This document shows, in pieces, positions 41,701 to 48,399 of a DNA stretch of 64,000 bases. This DNA is from Candidatus Latescibacterota bacterium (lineage in GTDB: Bacteria > Latescibacterota > UBA2968 > GCA-2709665). Under the pieces are notes generated by a model, which did no database searches, was not told where the DNA came from, and saw only the letters and a list, made by a program, of their open reading frames with translations. The stretch spans positions 1,088,001-1,152,000 of the forward strand of contig OZ252100.1 in the NCBI GenBank assembly GCA_965248435.1. Direction: 5' to 3'. A program made the translations under genes and the position numbers. The number at the start of each line of letters is the position of its first letter. Position 1 is the stretch's first letter.

Positions 41701-43087
41701 CACCACCCTGGTCGGCACAGGTAAGTTGGGCTTTTCCGGAGACGGTGGTCCGGCTGCCCAGGCCCAGCTCTTTTTTCCAGAAGCTGTCGCCTTAGACAAC
41801 AAGGGAAGCCTGTTGATTGCAGACCAAGGGAACAGTCGCATTCGAAAGGTGGTCCTTCGAACAAACACCATCACTACTGGAGCGGGCGGGGGTGTAGGCG
41901 ATGGACGGCCCGCATTACAGGCACAGCTTGGCTTTCCGAGGCACATCGTTCTGGATGACTTGGGCAATCTCTACATTGCAGACCGCAGCCATAACCGCAT
42001 TCGAAGAGTCGATGCGAAGACCGGACTCATCAGCACGATCGCAGGTACAGGTATTCGCGGATCTACGGGAGACGGTGGACCGGCCACAAGCGCCCTGATT
42101 GCATTTCCATTCGGCCTGGCCGTAGATCGTGCAGGAAACCTGTTTATTTCTGATTTCGAAAACGACCGCATCCGGAAGACCGATCTCAAGACAGGCATCA
42201 TCGCAACGGTTGCAGGAGCCGATACAGCAGGGTTTTCCGGGGACGGCGGGCAAGCTGTGCAAGCTCAACTCGACGATCCATTAGGCCTCGCTCTCGACAG
42301 TGCCGGCAACCTCTTCTTTGCAGATGCCGAGAACCACCGTGTCCGGCGTGTGGATACGAAAACCGGTGTGATTACCACCATTGCAGGCACGGACACGGAA
42401 GGACTCTCAGGAGATGGCGGTCCAGCGACAGCGGCGGCCTTGTTGCATCCCCGGGATGTGGCCGTGGACGCCGCAGATAACCTGTTTATCGCGGATACTT
42501 TCAACGACCGCATCCGGAAGGTCGATCTCAAGACAGGCATCATTACAACGGTTGCAGGAGCCGATACAGCAGGGTTTTCCGGAGACGGCGGGCCCGCTGT
42601 GGAGGCTACACTTAGTTTTCCATCATCCATTGCTCTGGATGCCAAAAGTAACCTGTTTATAGGCGACCTTGGCAACGACCGTATCCGGAAGGTCGATGCC
42701 AGCACGGGCATCATAAGCACGGTTGCCGGCAGCGGGACACGCGGATTTTCCGGGGACGGCGGGCCTGCTACCAAGGCGGCCTTTTTGGGGCTCTGGGGGG
42801 TAGCGATCACGCCTTCGGGAGACCTCCTGATCTCCGATGCCACCAATCATCGAATCCGTCGTGTAGCGGGCATCGCTGCGCCTACGACGCATGGGGATGC
42901 CGTGGTTAAGACTTCCGATTTCAACGGAGATGGAACGGTAAACTTTGAGGATTTCCTTGAATTTGCGCAGAATTTCAGCAAGAACCAGAGCGATCCGGAT
43001 TTCGACGCGACGTATGATCTAAACGACGACGGGGAGGTGAATTTCATGGACTTTTTCCAGTTTGCCCAGGCCTTCGGTCAGGCCTGA
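38792..43087 (+). CDS. Large secreted NHL-repeat (teneurin-like beta-propeller) protein with C-terminal EF-hand/dockerin-like tail
   Basis: Signal peptide; about 23 'GNLYIAD..NHRIRKVD..G.ITTVAG.G..GFSGDGGPA' repeats; Pro-rich linker; 'SDFNGDGTVNFEDF..YDLNDDGEVNFMDF'. Confidence 0.9.
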   Translation: MVTSVRILLVGFWISGFVLSVGAAPGDITTVAGGGVGDGRPATNAGLNVPSRPFLDAAGNLYIADTFNHRIRKVDRSGTITTVAGNGSAGFSGDGGPATRASLNRPFGVFVDESGNLYIADTDNHRIRKVDASGIITTVAGTLFFGFSGDGGPATRASLNSPNGVSADMAGNLYIAEFENHRIRKVDTSGTITTVAGDGTAAYFGDGGPATDASLGFPFDVFVDMSGNLYIADTGNNRVRKVDTSGTITTVAGNGTHTYFGDGGSATDASLAFPYGVFVDRSGNLYIADTFNNRIRKVDPSGTITTVAGSGDSFSPLADIGRAITFNLWAPRGIFGDGSGNLYIADTFNHRIRKVGPGGDISTVAGGGFVGDGSPATHAGLFGPQGIFVDGSGNLYIADRGNNRIRKIDGTGTITTVAGNGRIRFRGDGGPATSGRVWEPGGVFGDRSGNLYIADTFNDRIRKVDPSGTITTVAGNGNPTFSSEGGPAIGASLFGPSSVFVDRSGNLYIADTFNHRIRKVHPSGAITIITTVAGNGTRGFSGDGGPAIRASLTFPFDVFVDGLGILYIADKDNHRVRKVDASGTITTVAGNGIPSFSGDGGPATRASLVAPNSLFVDGSGNLFIADRGNNRIRRVEGIAAPPNLVVGVFEPPALVSSLPGLGPASPGVGPTLSGPLPILGPGLNDPQEAGTIRTIAGGDVGDGRGALEANLLFPNDVVTDQEGNLYISSGSNNRVRRVDALTGLISTVAGTGIRGFSGDGGSAVDAKLAFNVGLAIDSASNLFLADAANHRIRRVDAQTSIITTVAGTGEPGFSGDEGPAVNAQLLFPEDIAVDRAGNLFIADRSNHRVRMVDSSTGQIVTVAGNGAPGFAGDGGHALAAQIEVPERIAVDNSGNLYVSTGSRIRRIDAKTGTVTTVAGTTTGFSGDGGPATEAQFSDSQRIAIDAQGNIFVADQGNHRIRKVDAQSGIVTTLVGTGKLGFSGDGGPAAQAQLFFPEAVALDNKGSLLIADQGNSRIRKVVLRTNTITTGAGGGVGDGRPALQAQLGFPRHIVLDDLGNLYIADRSHNRIRRVDAKTGLISTIAGTGIRGSTGDGGPATSALIAFPFGLAVDRAGNLFISDFENDRIRKTDLKTGIIATVAGADTAGFSGDGGQAVQAQLDDPLGLALDSAGNLFFADAENHRVRRVDTKTGVITTIAGTDTEGLSGDGGPATAAALLHPRDVAVDAADNLFIADTFNDRIRKVDLKTGIITTVAGADTAGFSGDGGPAVEATLSFPSSIALDAKSNLFIGDLGNDRIRKVDASTGIISTVAGSGTRGFSGDGGPATKAAFLGLWGVAITPSGDLLISDATNHRIRRVAGIAAPTTHGDAVVKTSDFNGDGTVNFEDFLEFAQNFSKNQSDPDFDATYDLNDDGEVNFMDFFQFAQAFGQA

Positions 43088-43096
43088 GCAAGGACC

Positions 43097-43175
43097 AGCC
43101 CTGCTGGAATGGATCCAACAGGGCTTCTATCGTCATCAGGTGTTTGCGAGTTCTTTGGTGACCCCGAGGGGAGTC
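43097..43175. repeat. att-like junction 3: conserved hairpin + tRNA-Glu 3' end
   Basis: Hairpin 43097-43125 (loop ctggaatggatccaa); tggtgaccccgaggggagtc at 43156-43175 is an exact 20-bp match to 44953-44972. Confidence 0.88.
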
Positions 43176-43422
43176 CACCGGTATGCAACGCTTGTGATAG
43201 CTCGAAATCCAGCTCTATTGCTGATGGAGCTGCGTGACGCAGCTTAGTCTGGCACCGCCTGATCCGACGTCACTTCAATTCCAGCAATCCCCTCCATAAG
43301 CATCTCTTGGCCGCCGTTCCTCGCCGTCGTATCTTGGGTTGCGATGTGCACCTATGTCACCATCCATAAGACACATTTGCTATCCACTGCTCTTCGCGGA
43401 AAACCAAAGGACGAGCCCAGCC

Positions 43423-44508
43423 ATGGACGAAAACCCTACGGTCAGCACCGTATTCGAGATCGAGCCGCCGGATCCACCCAACGACGGCATCATGTTCGTA
43501 GACCACGCCCGATCGGGCCGTAGTGGCCACCTGGGCCACGCGCTCGTTGAATATGCACCGGGGAAAATCCTGGCGTTCTACTCCAACTGCTCGGATAGGA
43601 ACGACGGACACACGGGGGACGGGTGGATGGAATACCGGCGTTCCGAAGACGGGGGACGAACCTGGAGCGCCGGCGAAGTGCTTGCCTACTCCAAGGCGGT
43701 CTACGACAGGAACGCTGGAAAGTCCGTCATGTGTGAGAATGCCGTGCGAGCCGACGACGGGGCGGTCGTCCTGTTCAACCTGGAGTGCGGGAACACGGCC
43801 GAAGAGAAGTGGGCGTGGGCGCCGCTGGACGTTCCCACGTGTCTTCGCAGTACGGATGACGGCCGTACGTGGGGACCTGCGGAACCGATGGGCGATCAAC
43901 CCGGCCGCATCTGGGATGCGATGGTTCACGACGGCAGCATCCTGGTTCTCGAGCTGTGCAACGACAGCTCGATCCAATGGTACGGCAACCTTCCCGAGCA
44001 CTTCTACGGGCTCTATGCAAGCACCGATCACGGGCGCAGCTTCGCCCTGCGGAGCAAGCTGCCGCTCGAGATCCAGTGTCGGGGCTACGGCGCCCTGTCG
44101 ATTCTCCAAGACGGCGGACTGATCGCCTACGTCTACAACATGGCCGACGAAAAACACCTGGACTACGTCATCAGTCACGACGGCGGCTACACCTGGAGCG
44201 ACGTGCAAACCGCGTTTTTTGAGAAGCAGATTCGAAATCCGCAGATGGCCCGCTTCAAAGGCGGATACGTCCTTCACGGACGGAGCGGAGCCCAGGGAGA
44301 AGGGAGCGGACATTTCGTACTGTATACGTCGGACGACGGCATCCACTGGGACTCGGGACGCTACCTGCGGATGCAGGAGGCGCGCGCCGGCGCATACTCG
44401 AACAATTTACGCGTGCACAGCCCCGATGCACCGGAACGCCTGCTGATCCAGGCTTCCCACGCGTACGAAGGATATATGACGAACATCCTGCACTGGTGGC
44501 TGACTTAG
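43423..44508 (+). CDS. BNR/Asp-box (sialidase-fold) protein
   Basis: Five Asp-boxes: SEDGGRTW, STDDGRTW, STDHGRSF, SHDGGYTW, SDDGIHW. Confidence 0.85.
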   Translation: MDENPTVSTVFEIEPPDPPNDGIMFVDHARSGRSGHLGHALVEYAPGKILAFYSNCSDRNDGHTGDGWMEYRRSEDGGRTWSAGEVLAYSKAVYDRNAGKSVMCENAVRADDGAVVLFNLECGNTAEEKWAWAPLDVPTCLRSTDDGRTWGPAEPMGDQPGRIWDAMVHDGSILVLELCNDSSIQWYGNLPEHFYGLYASTDHGRSFALRSKLPLEIQCRGYGALSILQDGGLIAYVYNMADEKHLDYVISHDGGYTWSDVQTAFFEKQIRNPQMARFKGGYVLHGRSGAQGEGSGHFVLYTSDDGIHWDSGRYLRMQEARAGAYSNNLRVHSPDAPERLLIQASHAYEGYMTNILHWWLT

Positions 44509-44568
44509 TGGAAGGTCCCACGGGCCTCAGATTTCGCCAGGTCACATGACTCTCGGAGGTCCGATGAC

Positions 44569-44871
44569 TCATCAAATTCACCGACAGCGGCAGCGTGACG
44601 GTGAATGCGGCCACCGAGGACTGGCAACGTCATCGCCGTGTCCGATACCGGCAAGGGCATCCCCTCAGACGAACCACCCACCATCTTCGACGAATACCGT
44701 CAGGCCGAAGGGTCCGAGAGCAGCGTGCAGAAGGGCACCGGGCTGGGGCTGTCGATTACGAAGAAATTCGCGGAGCTGCTGGGCGGGACGATCGGCGTGG
44801 TGAGCGAAGTGGGCAAGGGCAGCACGTTTACGGTGCGGGTGCCGGTTGAGTATGGCGACGGACAATCCTGA
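44569..44871 (+). pseudogene. Histidine kinase HATPase C-terminal fragment
   Basis: 'IKFTDSGSV' then a frameshift, then 'VSDTGKGIP..IFDEY.Q..GTGLGLSITKKFAELLGG..GKGSTF'; no N-terminus. Confidence 0.82.
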
Positions 44872-44903
44872 CCGCTGACCTCTGTCTTCTGCTCTCTAAT
44901 CAC

Positions 44904-44940
44904 AAAGGCGCCCCTTCGGTCTGGCCGAAAGGGCGCCTTT
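44904..44940. terminator. Bidirectional terminator downstream of tRNA-Glu
   Basis: aaaggcgcccc-ttcgg..ccgaa-agggcgccttt. Confidence 0.8.
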
Positions 44941-44952
44941 CATTGTCAAAAA

Positions 44953-45027
44953 TGGTGACCCCGAGGGGAGTCGAACCCCCGTTGCCGGATTGAAAGCCCG
45001 GTGTCCTAACCGCTGAACGACGGGGTC
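44953..45027 (-). tRNA. tRNA-Glu(TTC)
   Basis: Minus strand GACCCCG...CGGGGTC-A-CCA, anticodon loop ctTTCaa, GGTTCGACTCC T-arm. Confidence 0.95.
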
Positions 45028-45276
45028 ACCTTCCTCTTTTGACAACACTGGCGAATATATTCAAATCCCTCAGTTGAAGCAAGTTCTATTGGCTTGAATG
45101 GGAGCCATTTACGGTTCGAGGGGCGCCGATCGGGTATGAACAAGGTGCTTGACTTTCCCTGGCTCTTTATGTTTATTTAATGCCCCAAATTGACCAGGAA
45201 CCGCATTGTATCAGACCTTAAAAAGCCAATGGCCGGAGGAAACTTATTGAAGTTGCCTCTCAGATTGCCTCCATTT

Positions 45277-45350
45277 GGGCGATTAGCTCAGTTGGTTAGA
45301 GCGCTGGTCTCACATACCAGAGGTCACTGGTTCGAATCCGGTATCGCCCA
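45277..45350 (+). tRNA. tRNA-Val(CAC)
   Basis: GGGCGAT/ATCGCCC acceptor, CTGGT-ctCACat-ACCAG anticodon arm, GGTTCGAATCC; CCA not encoded. Confidence 0.94.
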
Positions 45351-45509
45351 TTCTTCAAAGCCTACCGACCCGCACCAGTCACGCAGGGTGGACTCGGGCG
45401 GTGAGAAAACGGAAGAGATGATCGAGTTTAGAAGGGTGCATCGAGAATCGATGCGCCCTTCTTTTTTGCCTTCCTGACAGAGGTTGTTCTTCCAAGGAGC
45501 GGAGCAGGA

Positions 45510-46229
45510 ATGAAAGAAAACTTGACGCTGTTGTTGAACCTACAGGAGATCGACACTGAGATCGACGTGCTGAGAAGATCCCAGGATGACTACCCGACAG
45601 AGATCGCAGAGCTCCAGGGTGAACTGGATCGGGCAAAACACCGGTTGGACGCAAAAGTCCAGAAGGAAGGTGGGCTCGAGAAGAATCAGCGCCTCATGGA
45701 ACAGGAACTTGAGGCCCTTAACCTTGACTTGAAGAAACACCAGGACCGCCTGTATGAAGTCAAGTCCAACAAGGAATACGATGCCCTTCAGCATGAAATA
45801 GAGGCACTGAGAGGCCGCGTAGAAGAGACCGAGACGGCCATCCTCGAATCCATCGAAGCAGCGGATGCGCTGAAAGAAAAATTGAAGGATGAGCGGCAGC
45901 TCTTCAAGGATTTGGAGAACGAAAAGCAGGAAAGGATTACGTCCCTTCAATCCCAGCTGGATTCCCTGGACGAGGACGTGAGGGGACGGGAGGAAAAAAG
46001 GGATGGCTTGGCGTCTCAGATCGATAAGAAACCGCTCTCCATCTATACACGCATCCGGAGAGTCGTGAAGGGCGGCGTTGCGGCCGTTCCGCTCGAGAAG
46101 GGTTCTTGCGGAGGGTGCTTCCGACGGATGCCGCCCCAGCGAATGGTCGAAATCCGAAGGCGGGATCAAGTCATTCGCTGCGAAAACTGTGGGCGATTGC
46201 TCGTGTGGAGAGAAGAGGTGAGTGCGTGA
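45510..46229 (+). CDS. Coiled-coil + C4 zinc ribbon protein (DUF164/CT398/HP0958 family)
   Basis: 'LLNLQEIDTEID', long coiled coil, 'CGGCF...CENCGRLL'. Confidence 0.9.
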   Translation: MKENLTLLLNLQEIDTEIDVLRRSQDDYPTEIAELQGELDRAKHRLDAKVQKEGGLEKNQRLMEQELEALNLDLKKHQDRLYEVKSNKEYDALQHEIEALRGRVEETETAILESIEAADALKEKLKDERQLFKDLENEKQERITSLQSQLDSLDEDVRGREEKRDGLASQIDKKPLSIYTRIRRVVKGGVAAVPLEKGSCGGCFRRMPPQRMVEIRRRDQVIRCENCGRLLVWREEVSA

Positions 46230-46660
46230 GCAGTCAGGTCACGCTCTATGTGGATGGGGCCTCCAAAGGAAACCCTGGCCGGTCCGGAATTGGTGTGCGA
46301 ATCGAATCAAACGGCGAGCTGATCCTGGAATCTTCAGACTACATCGGCGAGACCACGAACAACTCCGCAGAATACCAGGCACTGATTCGCGGTCTTGAGA
46401 TGGCAAAGGAAGTCGGTGCAAGTCTCGTCGACGTCGTGTCCGACAGCGAGCTTATGGTAAAACAGTTGAATGGCCTCTATAGAGTTAAGACCCAGTCGCT
46501 TAAGCCACTATATGATAAGGCGATAAAACTGTCTGGCGGGTTTGATGGGTTCCGGATTCGGCACGTTGATCGATCGAAGAACCAGGAGGCCGACAGGCTG
46601 GCGAACGAGGGAATTCTAAAGGCAGCATTGGCGAGTGGGCCGGATGGTCGCGCCCGATAG
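46226..46660 (+). CDS. rnhA: Ribonuclease HI
   Basis: 'YVDGASKGNPG', 'TNNSAEY', 'DSEL', 'N.EADRLAN'. Confidence 0.92.
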   Translation: MSSQVTLYVDGASKGNPGRSGIGVRIESNGELILESSDYIGETTNNSAEYQALIRGLEMAKEVGASLVDVVSDSELMVKQLNGLYRVKTQSLKPLYDKAIKLSGGFDGFRIRHVDRSKNQEADRLANEGILKAALASGPDGRAR

Positions 46661-47009
46661 GGTGAGGAAAGTCCGAGCTCCGAAGGGCAGGATGCTGGGT
46701 AACGCCCAGGCGGGGTAACCCGACGGAAAGTGCCACAGAGAATAGACCGCCAGCGAGCGGGACCGCAAGTCTCGCAGCGGGCAAGGGTGAAACGGCGGGG
46801 TAAGAGCCCACCGCGCCTCCCGGTGACGGGGGCGGCACGGCAAACCCCATCTGAAGCAAGGCCAAATAGGAGCGGAGAGGTGGCCCGCCTCGCTACAACG
46901 CTCGGGTTGGCCGCGTGAGGCATCGGGTAACCGATGCCCCAGATAAATGACCATCCATTCGGTCCTCATCCGGACCGAGGGACAGAACTCGGCTTACAGG
47001 CCCACTCGC
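46631..47009 (+). ncRNA. rnpB: RNase P RNA (type A)
   Basis: GAGGAAAGTCC, AGTGCCACAGA, GGGTGAAAC, GGCAAACCCC, ACAGAACTCGGCTTA; P1 gcgagtgggcc/ggcccactcgc. Confidence 0.96.
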
Positions 47010-47019
47010 TTTTCAAACC

Positions 47020-47051
47020 GGCGGACTCCCCCATTCGGAATCCGCCGTTTT
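47020..47051 (+). terminator. Intrinsic terminator after rnpB
   Basis: ggcggactcc..ggaatccgcc hairpin followed by gttttt. Confidence 0.65.
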
Positions 47052-47074
47052 AACAACCGTGCGCAAGGAACACG

Positions 47075-47905
47075 ATGGGATTTCACGAAAAATACAGTCG
47101 ATCTGCTGACAAAAACAGGAGCCTGGTCTGTGTCGGACTGGATCCCGATCCCAAGAGGCTTCCAGAACACCTTGAAGGGAAATCCGACGCCGTCCTGACC
47201 TTTCTGCGGGATATCGTTCTCGCTACGCAGGATCTGGTCTGCGCCTACAAGCCGAACTTCGCCTTCTACGGTGCCATGGGCGTGAGCGGATGGGAAACCC
47301 TCATTGGTGTAGTGGAAACGATCCCAGACGACATCCCAGTCATCCTTGATTACAAGGCGGGAGACATATCCAACACGGCATCCCGGTACGCGGCCATGGC
47401 CTATGAGCAGCTGAAAGTAGATGCTGTGACCGTGAACCCCCTTCTCGGCCGCGATTCGGTGATGCCCTTCCTGGATTACAAAGATCGGTGTGCCTTCCTG
47501 CTCTGTCTGACTTCGAACCCCGGCTCTGCCGACCTTCAACGCCTATCCGCCGATGGAAAGCCCCTCTACGAGACCCTGGCCTGCAAGGCCGTCTCGTGGT
47601 CGGCCGACGGCCCCTGCGGCCTCGTGGTCGGTGCGACCCACCCGGATGAAATGAGAAAGGTCCGGGACATCGCGCCCAACCTTCCCATCCTCGTACCCGG
47701 TATCGGTGCCCAGGGGGGGGAGACAGAGAACGTGATCATCAACGGGCAGGACGCATCTGGCAGAGGACTCCTCATAAACGCCTCCCGCAGTATCTTATAT
47801 GCCTCAGGGGGTCTGGACTTCGCCGACACGGCGAGAGAGGTCACAGAATCCCTGAGACAGCGGATAGAAGCGACCCGTGTTGCAGACTGCACCGAAGCCA
47901 CCTAG
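47075..47905 (+). CDS. pyrF: Orotidine-5'-phosphate decarboxylase (subfamily 2)
   Basis: 'CVGLDPD', 'YKPNFAFY', 'DYKAGDISNT', 'TSNPGS', 'VVGAT', 'LVPGIGAQGG', 'NASRSI'. Confidence 0.95.
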   Translation: MGFHEKYSRSADKNRSLVCVGLDPDPKRLPEHLEGKSDAVLTFLRDIVLATQDLVCAYKPNFAFYGAMGVSGWETLIGVVETIPDDIPVILDYKAGDISNTASRYAAMAYEQLKVDAVTVNPLLGRDSVMPFLDYKDRCAFLLCLTSNPGSADLQRLSADGKPLYETLACKAVSWSADGPCGLVVGATHPDEMRKVRDIAPNLPILVPGIGAQGGETENVIINGQDASGRGLLINASRSILYASGGLDFADTAREVTESLRQRIEATRVADCTEAT

Positions 47906-47907
47906 AG

Positions 47908-48282
47908 CTACACCTCCCTCACCGGCGTCGGCCTTCCCTCATCGTTCAGGGCAACGTAGACGGCCCGGGCCTGAGTCACCCGGACCCGCCCACTTCCGTC
48001 AGTCCGATCCGCCTCCACATCTATCGAGACCGTAACCGACGTTCGTCCAACGCTCTGCAGCTGCGTGTAGAAAGAGACCACGTCACCCACGAACACGGGC
48101 GCGACGAATTCGATCTTGTCGATCGCCACGGTCACGACGCGATGGGCCGTATGCTTGCGCGCTTCGATCGCACCGGCGATGTCCAGGTGACTCATGATCA
48201 CGCCCCCGAACACGACGCCGTAAGCGTTCGTATCTTTCGGCAGCAGGACCACCCGGATTGTCGGACTGAGTTCTTCGGTCAT
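47908..48282 (-). CDS. Acyl-CoA thioesterase (YciA-like hotdog fold)
   Basis: '[21 protein letters not shown]', 'VGRTS'. Confidence 0.92.
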   Translation of the reverse strand: MTEELSPTIRVVLLPKDTNAYGVVFGGVIMSHLDIAGAIEARKHTAHRVVTVAIDKIEFVAPVFVGDVVSFYTQLQSVGRTSVTVSIDVEADRTDGSGRVRVTQARAVYVALNDEGRPTPVREV

Positions 48283-48297
48283 TTTCTTTCCTCATAA

Positions 48298-48395
48298 AGT
48301 TTCTGGTTTCTAGTTTCTAGTTCATATTAACACGGCTGTGAGTTCGCATACCGCTTTGTCTTTCAACTCGAAATCCGAAACCCGCGACTCGAAAC
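48298..48395. repeat. Inverted heptamer tandem arrays
   Basis: (gtttcta)n facing (tcgaaac)n-like units. Confidence 0.65.
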
Positions 48396-48399
48396 TGTC

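Noticed and set aside
38860-42870. CRISPR or DGR template/variable repeats within the NHL gene
   Set aside because: Repeats are in-frame protein repeats, differences are not evidently adenine-specific, and no reverse transcriptase is present
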